64,000 nt of DNA from Camelus dromedarius (lineage: Eukaryota): contig NC_087436.1 in the NCBI RefSeq assembly GCF_036321535.1, positions 88,600,001 through 88,664,000 of the forward strand, read 5' to 3'. Positions 37,401-51,646 of this stretch are shown in pieces. The first letter of the stretch is position 1; every line of letters begins with the position of its first letter. Under the pieces are notes generated by a model. The model did not search any database and was not told the origin of the DNA. It saw nothing but the letters and a program-made list of their open reading frames with translations. Made by a program: the position numbers and the translations under genes.

Positions 37401-39132
37401 ACAAAGCAAGCCAGATGATTATTAAGAGAATGGAAAGACTTAACATTGTCTAAATCACCATACTGTCTGATACCTCATCTATAAAGTTCCCTTGGAAGCT
37501 GAAAATTCCTAGACCTACCTTTGATGACTAAGAGAAATGGAACATCTAATCTCACAGTGGAAAAAGCTAAAGTGAGATAAACTGGATGATCTAGCAGCCT
37601 CTGATTTTGCTTTACTTGATTGGACTTTCCTGAGTGTTTGCTGCAGTTTTAAGACGCATAGCAGATAGCATGGTACAAAAATTCCAAAATGCTGTTCTCA
37701 TTGGGGAACAAATGGTTCTTAGAAGTGACTATTCAGCAGAGTTTTGAGGAAGAGAAAAAAATTTCTGAGCAGAGAGGACAGGTGCACTAAAGAGGGTAAC
37801 TATTTCTAGGGTAGTCTGTTAAAACTTCCTTGATTATGACCCACAATAAACTACCTCTACAAAATGCATTTTGTACTGTGACCCAGAAAACACGGCTGTG
37901 ACAAATCTTTCAGAAAAGAATACTTACTCTTAAACAACATGCTATGTGCTCAGGAACCTTCTCGTTTATCTATTCTATTTCAGTTCTTTTAAAAAAATGC
38001 TTGCTGCAAATTACTAAATTGAGTTCATGATTAATTAATGGGTTACTACTGGCAATGTCGGGGGAAAAAAGGCACTCATCTAGAGAATGGTAAGTAGAAT
38101 TGCCCAGAAGATGAAAGAATTCACATCAGCCTAGGCAGAGATGTGGAAAGTCATGCAGTGGGGGAGGGGAGGGGAAATACACAATAGTGGAGGTTCTGGA
38201 ATTCTCTTCATACAAAACATACAAAAAATAACACCTCATAGTGCTGTCACAAGGAATGTGACATAGCTTATCTAGAATGATTGCTTATTTCTGGACACCA
38301 CAATGTGCCAATGAATTATCCTGCTCCCAGATGGTTCTGTTTTTTTTTTTTAAGATGATATTTGAATATCAACCTCACACTCAGGGGTTTCACTTCTATA
38401 TTTTTAGAGTTTTTTTTTTCTTTTAACAAATTCAGAGAAATAATGAGTCTGACTAGATCACTATTATAGATAAATGTCAAGAATATTTTTTTCAACGTAT
38501 GTTGAGTTTAGGATTTCTCAGATTTCTTTCTCTTCAGGAGGAGAGCACTGTGGTTGTGGAAATGAATGCACCCTAATAACTTTGGGAGCATTAGCCACTG
38601 CTCGGGGGCACTGTCAGTCTATATTAGGAACTGATATGTTCCTAGCATTGTGGCTTTGATGCTAACCCTGGAAAAATAAACACAATGGAACAATCCAATA
38701 ACAAGCCTGGAAAGGCTCTTCAGATGCCAGGTTAACCGCTGCTGAGCTCACTGGAGTAGTAATACCTGACAAAATGAGATCTAACCAATTTCAAAGGCCT
38801 CAAGGAATTGAAAATTTATTACCTCTTTTGATGATTCTATGACAATTATCTCATTTCCTTTGGAATTAGGAAAAATTCTCTTTATGACATTTTTTTTTTG
38901 ACATTTCATTACAGGTCTTTTCTGACTGAACTTCTATCTCCTTTTGTTCCCCTCCTCCTTGAATCTTTAAATGCTGAAGTGTCCCATGGCCACGATTATT
39001 CACTCCTAAGTGAGCTCATATATCTGGTGACACTTTATAACATCTCTATGCTGAAGTCTCCCAAATGTATATCTCCAGCCTTTCTTCAAAACTCCAGACT
39101 TGCGTAACCAACCAGAAACTTGATATCTCCTT

Positions 39133-40065
39133 TGTAAATGCAATATAATAAGAAATACATATTTTGGTCTTTGTCCCTGGCTCCTGGCCTGAACTCCTAA
39201 AACCCTTGTAGTTTCCTAAGTGGTAAGATGTTTAGGAGAATCATTTGTTACATCTGGTTTTTGTCACAGACTCCTAAAACAGCTCCAGAGTGGGAAAAAT
39301 TGAATAGAGCATCTTTTGTTAAATTCATAACAAGCCCGTTTCAAACACTGCTGAATTTATGTTAATGAGGTGAGCTTTGGAAAGTTCCTAAGGATGGGGG
39401 CTGGTTGCCAGGGGAATCAGCTGTGAGATTAGAGAGTTGGAACTTTCTACATCCCACCCCCCCAACCCTGACCTTCTGGGAGGGGAGAGGAGCTGGAGGT
39501 TGAGTTAGTGACTAATGTCCAGTGGTTTATCAATCAGGCCTATGTAATGAAGCCTCAATAAAAGACCCTAAACCAAGGGGTCTGGAGAGCTTCCGGGTTG
39601 GTGAACACATTGAGGTTCTGAGAGGGTGGTACTCCCAGAGAAGGCATGGAAGCTCTGAGTCCCTTCCCAGGTACCTTGGCCTATGCATCACTTCCATATG
39701 GCTCTTACTCTGAGTTCCACTGTTTATAATACATCAGTAATAGTAAGTAAACTGTGTCCCTGGGTTCTGTGAGCTATTCTAGCAAATTATTGAACATGAG
39801 GAGGGGGTCACGGGGACGTCTGGTTTATAGCTGGTTTGTCAGAAGTAGCATTGACAATATAGGACTTCTGACTAGCATCTGAAGGGACGGGGCAGTCTTG
39901 TGGGACTGAGCCCTTAACTTGTGCAGTTTGCACTCTTCAGGCAGTTAGTATCAGAACTGAGTTAAACGTAGGACATCCAGCTGGTGTCCACCACGAACTG
40001 AAGGATTGTTTTGTGTAGAAAACCCCACACATCTGGTGTCAGAAGTGTTGTGTGTAGAGAGAATC
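39133..40065 (+). mobile_element. Solo LTR (MER21-like) inserted into an L2 relic (~38900-40500)
   Basis: TG start; gagagcttccgggttggtgaacacat and gtcttgtgggactgagcccttaac motifs; L2-like sequence resumes on both sides. Confidence 0.7.
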
Positions 40066-42499
40066 AGGAGCATTTACTTTTAGTGATGGCGAGATGTGTC
40101 CTAACCCGAACTCATGATTTTCTTTGCAAACCTGTTCCTTCCCTAATATACCCTATCTCTGATTATGGCACCGCCACTGACCCAGTTCCTCAGGGGAAAA
40201 ACTTTGAGTCATCTTTTCTCGACTCTTAATCTCATAGCTGTTATCTAATTTGTCAGTGAATGTTATCAGCTCAACTTTCAAGATACATCCTGCAGCTGAC
40301 TGTAAATTACCATATCCACTGCTCATCCAAACCACCATCTTTCACCTGGACTACTGAACAGCTGGTCAACTGGTTTGTAATGCCACTCTTGCTCCCCTTT
40401 CCCCAATAGTCCATTTCCATAGAGCTTCCCCTGTGATCTAGAAAAATGCCTGTGGGCGTAATAGAGGCTTTAGATATGTCTGTTGCATGAATTAATAAAT
40501 GCATTTTCTAACCAATCCTGGGAAGATAAAACTCAGTTCAAATTCAGGTAATTGAAAGGTTATGATAGCTGAAATGTGACTACTTGCACATCTGAGTTTA
40601 TAAACTGAGATTCATGCCGACTACAATTTTAATTCTACATAGCCATTCTCCCACAAGGCCCTGCCCTGCTAAAATTTTCCTATTATTTCTACATTAGTTT
40701 CCCTGAAAAACCTTCCTTTTATAATGTCACCTCCCTTATCTTGAACTTCATAGTAGCTACTTTGTATCAACACTGATACCAAAATTTTCTACTTTTGTTT
40801 TCAAGGTGCTCTCGAATCCTACTTGTCATCTTTGCTTTGAGATTCAACAGAATTTTCTCCTTTCTTGTTCAAACATGTGCCATGTTTATTATCTCTTGTA
40901 AACCTTGCCTCATGCTCTCCCTATGAAACAAAGTGCCTCTTTCCATAACATTCACGTCTTACCCTGCCCTTAATACTTTTCTCAGTTCTCAGCAACTTCA
41001 TGAGTTTTTTCATCCCTATCCTGATATTTCACTTATAGCGAACCCTTCCCATCTCTGAGTACAAACACAAAGTGCTGGACATTACTGGGTATCTGACAGA
41101 CTCAGTTATTGATTGATGGATAGGTTATTTAGCTGAATATTTGAAAACAGTTTACATTAAACATGAATAAATATTTAGTTGACTTTTGTCTCTGTTATGA
41201 ATATTTTCCTAGAAAAAGTAATTGACAGCCCACTTTAAAAATTATTTTCATGAAATTGACATTATACAATACTATTTTTATCACTCAATTCTGAATATTA
41301 ATAAGTAAAGCAAAAAAAGAATCAATCTTCTAAAGTTTTTTGCACTTAACCTGGCTAGAAAAATCAACCTAATTATTTAACTTTTCTAGGTAAACATTAA
41401 ATACTTTTTCACAGTAATCAAACAGCATGGTGTTTTTGAGAGTATAGGCCAAGAGTCACACAACTCAGTTGCGATCCTGGGTCTGCTACAGTGCTGAATA
41501 AGAAATTTTCTGTGGTCTTTGTTTAAATGGAATTGATGATAATGTATCTAGCTATATCAAGGACAAGCTACTTAACCACTCTGTGCCTCAGTGTTCTCAG
41601 CTGTAAAGTGGGGATAGTAGGATTATTGTGAATACCACATTGTTAAAATACATACATATGTAAAACCCGTTGAACAGTGCCTGGCATTTAATAAAATGCT
41701 ATCTAAATACTAGCTATTTATTAATAATGTAGAGGAATTAGTTAATTAAGTTGAAGATTGTGTAGTCCCAAACAGCAATCAATATATTTCTCAATCCTAG
41801 ACTTCCAAATTTTTGAAATTTCTCCCTCTCCTTTCTCTCCCTTTCTCTTTCTCTTACTGGAAAAAAGCGAAGTCATAAGAATTAGGACCTGACCTGGCTC
41901 TCAGCTACTTTCATTATTAAGGTTACTTGAGAGAGCTGCCGTGAAGGTAAAAATCGGCCTGCTTCAGGAAAACAATATTGTAAACCATAAAGGACTGTGA
42001 ACAATAATGCCGTTAGATTTACTCTCTACATTGTTTTAGTAGTCAGAAGGGCGCTTTTTCTACTCCAGCTACTTTCCCGCAACACTCCCTCAGCTTTCCC
42101 TCCCTCTACCCTGACCCCGAAGTGTTCTCCTTGTAAATGCTTTTTCCGATCATTGAGAAAAATTTCCTACTACCTGAAGGCCCGAAGGCAAGGCTAAAGA
42201 TGGTGGACAGCCAATTATGGCCCCAGGACAGACTCCCGATACCCAGCTGAATTTAGGGCAGTCGCGGGGAAGCAACAGCATCCTCTGGGATCCGGAACAC
42301 CTCAGGGCCCGCCCACCTCCCCACCCCGCGTCCTCTCTGTGCGTCAACCCCGCCGGAGCCCCAGTGCACGCCGGGAATTGTAGTTTCAGACAGCATGGTT
42401 CAATCAGCGCATGCGCCGGGAGGCTTTTTTGCCCAACCCCCACTCCACCCAGCGCACAGACAGTCTCGGATAAGGAAGGGGCCGGTGATGCCACGCGTT

Positions 42500-42620
42500 C
42501 TGCGAGCAGTGAGCGGCGGCTTCTGGGAGTTGTAGTCGCCGGGGGCTGGCGCCGGCGGTAAGGAGACGTAGCTTTTCTTGGGGTTTGCTCCTGCAGTTGG
42601 TTCCCGGCGGGAGCCGCGGG
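42500..42620 (+). other. NFXL1: NFXL1 non-coding first exon (start approximate; two candidate donors)
   Basis: Donors gcg|gtaagg after 42557 and ggg|gtgagt after 42620, upstream of the strong acceptor at 42987. Confidence 0.55.
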
Positions 42621-42989
42621 GTGAGTCTGCTGTTGTCCTGTCACCGGGCTCCCTCTGAGGCCGAGGAAGCGCTTTCCTCCTCCTCGGCTCTTCTTCTCGG
42701 GTGCTGGATGCTCTTTGCCCCGCAGTCCATTTCTCTGCCTGGTCCTTTCCCTCTGCAGTCTATCTCCAATGCCCTGGGCTTATCGGGGACTCACCCTCTG
42801 GGAGAGAGAGGGAGGGCCGCGACCTTTTCAGATCCGGTCTTCGCGCGGCGGAGACCCTCCTCGTTCCGCCCCTCACACCGGCTTCCCCCGCTGCCCTTTC
42901 CCCCCCGCTGCCCTTTCCCAGCCGCCTCGACACCACTGGGCTCACGCTCCTTCCACTCTCTCTCTCTTTTTTTTTTTCCGTCTGCAGGG

Positions 42990-43233
42990 ATGGAAGCTTC
43001 CTGGCGCCAGGTGGTCGGTGGCCGAGGCCGAGCCCGAGGACGGGCCACTGCGGCCCCCTCCTCAGGAAATGGAATCTATCTCCGCGGCGCCGGAGGAGGG
43101 CGAGAGAAGGGGTCGGTGGGCGCTGCTGGTCCTGGCGCCAGCCCCGGAGGAGCCGCGACCGCCGCGGCTGCAGGTAGCTCAGCCCGGCGCAGCCCCGCGG
43201 GATCGGAAGCGCCGCAGACTTCCGTGGCCAGTG
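42990..43233 (+). CDS. NFXL1: NFXL1 coding exon 1 (exon starts 42988)
   Basis: tctgcag|ggATGg; [23 protein letters not shown]...QTSVAS; donor g|gtgaga. Confidence 0.95.
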
Positions 43234-45639
43234 GTGAGAATGGCCCACGTCCTCGGGCTCACCTGGATGCAGATTTAGGCACTTCCTAGTCAGAACCGCC
43301 TCCGCCCTTGCCCGCTTCTCCTTCGGGAGTTTATCATTGGCCTCACTTCTCAAACCTCTCAGGCACCTCGTCATTCTAGACCGATTCCCATCACACTTCT
43401 TTCATCATAATTTTAATTGATATTAATCTTTGTTATTTCTCCGTCCAGGAGTCTATCCTTCTTTCTTTTTGCCTACCGAATCCCTAGACCAAAAGTTTTG
43501 CGGATTGTGGCCGGGTGGTGGTGGGGTGGGAGTGGGTCTGATTTATCCCATATTTTGGTTTGGTTGACACGATGCAGTCAATCTGAACAGTTTCTTTGTT
43601 TTTCTTTACTTTTTAAAATCTCATAAGAATCTGGTTAACATTTTTTCTTGTAAAATAAGATTGTGGCTTTACTAAGTTTGTTCATGGCAGCAGTCGGCTG
43701 GGCTTAGTCGCAGAAACCCCGTTTAGATTGTGTTTAGGCTTTCCGCTTCACCTTGTGTCTCCCACTTCGGGGGCCAGTTGTCATCTTCCATCTTCGCTTG
43801 ATTGCCTCAGTTTAGTAGCTTTAATTGTCTGTGTCCTGTGAGCCCTTGGGCTTGTGGGACTTTTTCGACTGGGGTCCCTATTCACAGATTTCACGTCCTT
43901 TCCCTGGATGTATCTGGTGCGGCCTCCTCCAGCCTGTCAATATCCTTCATCCAAGGCAGTGTTTTAGTGGAGCCTGAGGGTGTACGCACAGCTCTCAGCT
44001 GCCTCTCACTTCCATACTAATGGAAGAGTGAAGGGGGCTAAAAGAATAAACCCTGAAATCATTTTACTGTTGTGTTTGAAATGTATTTTTCAAAATATAT
44101 TTTTTTGGGAGAGGAGCAAATTGAGTTTCTGAATGTTTCTCTCCTAAGCTAATTTTAAAGTTAGGTGATACTCTGTTAATTACTGAGTTTATGATAGTTG
44201 TGGTGGTGAGGTGTACAAGATGGAGGCCTGTGAACAGTTCTGGGAAACTTTTTTCGTTTTTATGGATAGTAGAAAAGCAAGCATCCTCCAACTGGATAAT
44301 TGAGATTTGATGAGAAATAATACGTGGGAAGGTTGCTTTGTCATCTTTGCTTGAGATGATCTTATGTGGATCCATTGATCAGGTTATGAATGCTTTTATT
44401 ATATCTAATTCAGCCTTTTAAAAAAATGTATTCGTGAGGGCTCATTTCTCATAATGACATTTCTCGTCTTATTGTACGTGAAGTTTTGAGTCATGTATCT
44501 TATAGCAGTTACTTTTCTCCTAGTACTCAAAGATCCCTGTACAATTTCCTCCAGTTTTACTTGAAATACTGAATAGTCCCCAGCCAAATTGGCTGCAGCA
44601 AGAAAAGGAAAACATTTCATGAAGGAAATAAAATATCATTAAGTACAAATCCACCACCTAAAATAAGAAAGTTTATATTGGTAGTGGCTCATCAGTTTCG
44701 AGCATAAAGTGGCACCAATGTGGGCACTTGATGAAGTAAGAACAATGCGTTGTGTTTGTGGCTCTTTTCTTGAGCTATGGTTGCTGTCCAGAGAGTTTAT
44801 TAACACTTAGTGCTTGAAGAAAATTCTCACGGTCCTTACTTTTGAGTTTGAAGTCTCAGGGGGAATGTACTATGAAGTAATTCATTCTTTTTCCATTATT
44901 ATTTAACCAAGTCACAAAATAAGAAGTGCAGACAGTTCTAAAGAGAATAGCAGAACAACTAATCCAAAACTTCACTTTCTTTTTGAAACGAACTTATATG
45001 AAGCACATTTTCTGTGTTAGCAACATTTTGTGTGGGATTTATGTTAAATAAATATGTTTTGTGACCACATTTTAATAAAGACAAAAAGTCCGTGAGCTTT
45101 CTAGGAAGCAGATTGTAAACACAGTGGGTATACACTGAATACTGTTTGTGCACAGTCTTTGGTGAGCCAGGCCAGGCTGGGCTGTAATGTGGAAGAGGAT
45201 AGTGTGGAAAAGCACCTGCCTCTGCTGATTCTGATGTGTAAACAATGGGTCTGTTTCCCACCTCTTAAAAATCACTGTGTACTGTTCATCTTTTAAACAT
45301 TTCATTTAAATTTTTGTTAATGTCTTTGTTTTGAGGTTGATCACTGGTTTTTGGATACTTTATCATACCTTGATCATTTAAAAAATTGATTTGTTAGTCA
45401 CTGTTTCTAGAACAGTTTGTTGCCTTTAGCAGAATATTTAACAAAAGTGAAAATTTTTATCGTGGAATTCTTTTTACTTGTGTGACAAGAAATTTGAAAA
45501 TAACTTTTTCCATGGATGATAGTAAAACAGAATGCACCAAAGGTGACTTTATTTTAAAATGACTTTTTGGTACATCATGCCTTGCTTTTTGAGAGATTGT
45601 TCTGCAGAAGTGAAACTCACTTTTTTTTCTTTTAAACAG

Positions 45640-45813
45640 AGCTAATGTCTCAAAAGAAATTTGAGGAAATTAAGAAGGCTAATCAAGCTGCAGCCAAAAA
45701 GCTTGTTGAAGAACACTTTAGCTCTTCATCTGAAGAAGAAGGAGATGAAGATTTGGAAGGAAAAAGAGGAAAAATAGTTGCTAATACATTTATAACTTAC
45801 ACTACTCAGACAG
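45640..45813 (+). CDS. NFXL1: NFXL1 coding exon 2
   Basis: aaacag|...g|gtactt; [37 protein letters not shown]...YTTQT. Confidence 0.95.
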
Positions 45814-46224
45814 GTACTTTTGAATTTTGACTTTTTTTACATCAATGAAAATATATTCCTGACTTTTTCTAACACCTTTACCCTACGTGGAATAGTTTTT
45901 GCATCTTAAGAATGAGCATTTCTGTTTGGAGAATTGAATTATTGTACATTTTACTATTTGAGTTATATGCTGTATAATGTTAATCCCTCTATAAAGCAAA
46001 TAGGATGACAATGTCTCTTACAGCCTTAGAAGTCCTCCTTTGTGTTTAATTGGCATTTCATTAGACTGCTGGGAGACGGGTGCCAAAGCTCTTTGTGAGA
46101 TGAGTGGGGTCAGGTTGTTCCTTGTTATGATTTAATTGCACTTGAGGACTTTGAATATTCCTCTGTATCTGCTCTTCATTTTTCTCTTTTTCATTATGTT
46201 AAATGTGTCTTATTTTAAAAGGAA

Positions 46225-46513
46225 ATTTATTTATTTTTATAGTCAGTTTACAATGTTGTGTCAGTTTCTGATAAATAACATGTTTCAGTCATACATATTC
46301 ATATATATATTCATTTTCATTATAGGTTACTACAAGATGTTGAATATACTTCCCTGTGCTATACAGTATAAACTTGTTGTTTACCTTTTTTATATATAGT
46401 AGTCAATACCTGCAAATCTTGAACTCCTAATTTATCCTTTCCTACTCCCTTTCCTTCCTGGTAACCAAAAGTTTGTATTCTATCTCTGTGAGTCTGTTTC
46501 TGTTTTGTAAATA
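46225..46513 (-). mobile_element. L1 3' end
   Basis: Closely resembles the L1 3'UTR at 33190-33485. Confidence 0.88.
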
Positions 46514-49445
46514 ACACATCTGGGTTACTCTTAAAGCCACATTTGTTTATGAGAGAGAGGGTCAAAGTGATGTTGTTGTGAAGTATTTGGTACTGAGTGT
46601 AAAAATAGATTATTTTAAATGTAAGGGCTCTTACACTTTTCACATTTTATACTTAAAGTCATTATTAGGAACATTTTTGCATGTATTATTGTTTGTTGCC
46701 TGAGTATATTGATGGCATTGTGAGCAGAGGTACACCTCATCAAAAGGTTTCCAAGGAATTTGCCGTATCTGCCAAGGAATTAAGATTAGGAGGCTTGACT
46801 AAGAAGTCTGGCTCAACCAGGGAAAAGTTGATAAAGAGGAACCTCTAGGTTAGGAGATTTCTTGTTTTTAGAAGACTTCATAGAAAGTAACTGCAGGTTT
46901 CCTGCCTCAGGAAGACCTCACTTAAGCCATTCTAGAGAGACAGATTTTATTTTTAAATAGAAAATTCAGTGATACTAGTGTTTAGAAAACTTTTCTCATT
47001 AGTAAGTTTTATTAATTTTTTATCTGGCTTTCATCTTAAAGTGTGAAGGCAATTTTTCTCATACTGTATTGCATCAAATCCATAAATATTTTGATTTTTC
47101 TTCCTTTGTGTTCTGTACTTTGCCTCTATGCCTCTACCGAAGTAAGGAAATTTGATCACTCGACTTAAGAGCAATAAACACCAGGGTAATGAGATGGTTC
47201 CCATCTCACGTTAGTGAATTAAAAACCAGAACTTTACCAGAGAGCTTCATTCTTTCTGTCTGAGCACAGCCTTCATACTTTTGTGATCTTTCTCTCAAAT
47301 TCAAACTTGAATGATCAGTTTACTGATGGGTCTCTCTGTCCGTCTGGCCCATGGACACACAAACATATGTTGAAAGATAACATTTCTTCTTTTGTTTTCT
47401 TTATCTCTATTAGTAGTGCTACAGTTTCCCCTGTCACCCACCCAAGCCAGAGCTCTGGGAGCAGGGATGACATGAGAGTGTTTTACTCACGACCACTCCT
47501 GCCCTCTGCCCACGTCAGATGTCTCCTCAAACACAGCACTCCTTCCTTCGGAATCCTGGCGTGAACATCGACTTTTAGAAGCAACACAGTCTAATTGTCA
47601 CCACGTCCTGCTGAGTTTTACTTCCTAAATTTCTTAAATCCATCCTACCCTCTCCCCACATACTGTCATTATCTTAATTCAGGCCCCTACAGCTGTTTCA
47701 TATGTGAATTAAATCCACAGAAGAAACATGTGAGGTAGATAGTACTATTACTATTATTACTATTTTAAAGATGAGAAAACTGAGACAGACACATTAACTT
47801 GCTCAAGGTTGTTTTTTGCTTTATCCGCTATAACTGCCTCTTAACTGGTTCTTAATGTTTTTAGTCTTGGCCTCACACTCATTTTTCTTCAGTTGCCAGA
47901 GTGATCGTTTTAAAATGCGTGACTTCAAATGCCGGGCTATCCCCCATGACGTCTTGGGCAGTGTACTTTATTGCTGCAGCCAAATCTTAATACAATTTTC
48001 TAAGAAATCCTGCATAAATATTGTAAACATAAGATTAGACTTTATTTTATTAAAGCCGATTCATCCTGTTCTCATATTCTGTTTTTTTCTCTCATATTCT
48101 GTTTTACATTTAGCTGTTAGATTAGATGCAATTTAAAAATGTTTTGTGTTTGTTAGAGCCAGCTGTGCCGAAAAGCAAAATAAGCACAGAGTATGACTAC
48201 TAAGTCTGCCTTTAAGGATAATCTTCAAACTTTGATGTTTGTTTAAAATAAAGCAGTTGTCTGTAATAATTTAATAATGTTTTATAGCTTTGGGAGTGGT
48301 TTTATGTATATTTTATTTAATATCCTTAATTATACTTGTATTTATATTATGGTAGAGCAAGTTTTTATAAGTGTTTTGCTTACTTAGTCATAGGAAGTAA
48401 AGAATTATCAAGGTCTATTAATTTTCTTTTGGTAGCTTAAATTTTGGTTTGAACCATTTTATTGCCTGTACTTAGTGATAGTTTATGCCATTTGTCTATT
48501 TTCCTCGGAGACTCAGTCAACCTCTAGCAAATAATCTTTATTGTACTGAAGGCCTGTAGGTGTATTTCTCTTACACTAAAGTGACTCAGATTACTGTCTT
48601 TTTGGTGTCACGTGTGCTCTTGGGCAGTTTTCCTGCCTTTCGTTGTGCTGTTATTTCTTGCACCCTCCTGTTGTAACCCTTGGCTGCTTCATGACATAGT
48701 GGTTAGGACGGTTCACTTTGGAGGCACACGGAGTTACTTCAGTGTTCTGAGCCTCAGTTTTCTCATCCTTAAAATGAAAATTAAGGTAGCTTATTTAATC
48801 TCTCTGAAATACTAATAGTACACTGCCTAGCAGGTAAATGCTCAATAATTACCTAAAGAAAATACAGTCTAGTAATCTTTTTCTGAGAAGTTCATGCTTC
48901 TTTGTTAAGCAGAAATAACATAATTTGATGAAACAAGGTTATTATGCTGTGTTGACCTCAGAATCTTTTCATTCAGCAGATTTTTACTAAGAATATGCTA
49001 TGTGTCAAACACACACACACACACAGACACACACTCTTACGCATATGCTTGTATTCAGGCTAAATGGCTCTGCTGTCTTTGACTTTTCCGGTCCTCTCAC
49101 TTTGCTCTTTGGTTGGCTTTCCCTTGTGACTTGACGTCTTGCTGCCATTGCCTATGTCTCTGCCCCCACCGAATTTGTTAAGGACTGTAGCAGTGATAAA
49201 AGCAAGTGTACTCTGAGAGAGGGCGGAGGTAACTGTTTTTGAGTCAAGTACTTGAGATGTAGTACATGGACTGTGTGACCGGTTAGCAGTTCACTGGTTG
49301 CTTTTTCCTTAAACTTCTCATTTTTCGTCTGTATTTTGAGCAATTGATATTGCTAGACATGTCTCACATAATGTAGTGCTACTAGTGAGTTTGTGTTATT
49401 TTCAGATGTTTCTTAACATGAAGTTTTCAATTTTTAAATTTCAAG

Positions 49446-49555
49446 ATGGAGATGTACGTGAATTAGAGCGAACAAAACAGTATGTAAATGAAGCTTTTCA
49501 AGCAGGGGCTATGACATGCTTAATTTGTATTGCTTCAGTGAAGAGAAACCAAGCA
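49446..49555 (+). CDS. NFXL1: NFXL1 coding exon 3
   Basis: tttcaag|...gca|gtaagt; [36 protein letters not shown]. Confidence 0.94.
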
Positions 49556-50389
49556 GTAAGTTTTTCTCCTTCTCTGTATTAATGCATCTCCCCCAAATAT
49601 TTTATTTTGCATTTACAATATGTAGCTATTTATTATTCTTTTTGCTTATTTTTGTTTAAAAATACTTCATTTGAGAATTTTGTTTATGAATTCATAATTC
49701 ATTTTTGAAATCTATAATTAAATGAAAAATACCTCTAAATGTGCAATCAATATTTTTAGCACTGTTAATATAACTGAAGCAGATATCTTCAGTTTTAATG
49801 CATGTGTCAATTTGGTAAAGCATTTTTAGCATCTGTACTTTAGAAATTCCCACAAGTACTAAAATGTTAGATATACTGTATTTCATTACTTTCAGCCAAT
49901 TTAAAAAAAGATAAATATGCTCCCCGCCTTCAAGGAAGTAAAACCTAACAGTGACACATTTATGGTTTGTTAGTGAGCTAGTGTTGAAGGCACTGTGGAA
50001 AGTGGCTGGAGTTAATGGGGAGAGATGGGTTCAGAGATAACTCATACACTTAGAGATGCTATGGCCTAATGGTGAAGTTATATGTATGTGAATTTAAAAG
50101 GGCATTAATGAAGCAATTAAGGGGAAGTGATGACAGAATCTGACAGATTCACCATTTAGGCCTCAGATTAATCCACTGCTATTACAGCAGTGTTGCCTAG
50201 AGAAAGACAGTCAGGTCAGATGAAATGGGTCGGTCATGTAGGGTGATCAGATATTTAACGTACATTGGATGGAATAGCATAGTAGGTGCAGGTACTTTTG
50301 GTGCCGAGTCACATCTGATTGGTTTGTTCGATTTCAGCTGCAGTGGATGAATAGCCTCCGCATGTGGATACAGTCCCACCTTTAACAGT

Positions 50390-50742
50390 TGCTGTGTGTG
50401 TAGATTTTTTTTCCACCTCAGTGCTTTCTTCTTGGGAACTGACTCAGCCAGTGTCCAGCTGTAGTGCAGAAGTACAGCAGAGTTAATGCCCCTGGGGGCA
50501 ACATTACACCCTAGGGAACTGGGGGGTGAATGCCCCAGCCTCCTCTTTGTCAGCAGTTGGGGACGGGTTGGTCCTAGGCATGTTTTACGTGGTCCTTCAG
50601 AGTGTCCTTAGCAGGACTAAACTTCAGCCCTTAGCGGTAGTCAGCTCAGCAATATACAATTTATTGGCATTTCCTCTTTCCTACTTTGTCCTCTTACTTC
50701 TGCATCCCAGTTCTTTTTATTAGGAGGGAATTCAGACTAAGA
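50390..50742 (+). mobile_element. LTR16-like ERVL solo LTR fragment
   Basis: gaatgccccagcctcctc...ggagggaattcagactaaga end motif. Confidence 0.55.
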
Positions 50743-51514
50743 AGTTGGCTTTTTTTCAGTACTGTTGCTAGCTTACACAGTATACTCTGTCTGATTTTAT
50801 TAAACATATGCAAAATGTTATGACGAAAGGAGAGTTGATTTTTATCAGTTATAGCAAAATGTTGGCTGGTTTTAAAAATTAATTTACTGTTATTCCTTAA
50901 ATTACATATATATTCTCAAGTTTTTTTCTCACCTAATTTTTAGAATTTAGCATTAAGTGCTAGACTAAAGGTTTTATGTAATAGGGCGGCACAGAGGTTA
51001 TTTGTACATATTTGTGTTTAAAGATTCCCTTGTGGTATTTATAACTGGAAATAACCTAAATGTCCAACAACCAGAAATTGGTTAAATTATGTATATAAGT
51101 CAACATGGATATCTACTGTACAGCTATAAATATCATTTTGTATGAAAATATTTGATAATAGTAAATGCTTATACTGTGTTAAAAGAAAGGCTATGAAAGT
51201 ATGTATCAATCAGTACAGTATGACTTCATTTTTTTAAGTATGAAATATACATTAAAAAAATTGGAAGCTGTCCAGAATTTAGCAGTAGGTATTTCTAGCT
51301 GAATGAACCTAGATAATCCATATTTTTCTTTAAAATGTTCTACATGTAAATTAATTTTTATAAAGAACATTGCTTCTATTAAATTGGAAGGAAAACTTTT
51401 TTCTTTAATCCTTAGGTAGTTTTTGAAAATAAGTGTGATGCTTATTTTAAACTATTATGGAATTATCAAAGAAAAGTCATTGCATACTGTTAATTTCTGT
51501 TACCTTTGTCTTAG

Positions 51515-51646
<132 letters not shown>

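Larger units (their letters stand above)
42210..43330. promoter_or_regulatory. CpG-island promoter of NFXL1
   Basis: GC/CpG-dense block in AT-rich background; NRF1-type GCGCATGCGC 42407-42416; GGGAATTGTAGT 42373-42384 and GGGAGTTGTAGT 42525-42536 (ACTACAnnTCCC, ZNF143/THAP11-type). Confidence 0.9.

Noticed and set aside
42150..43374. Cluster of long overlapping ORFs (up to 234 aa) on both strands
   Set aside because: Stop-poor CpG island; only 42990-43233 fits NFXL1, and the upstream part of the 234-aa ORF crosses a polypyrimidine tract and acceptor
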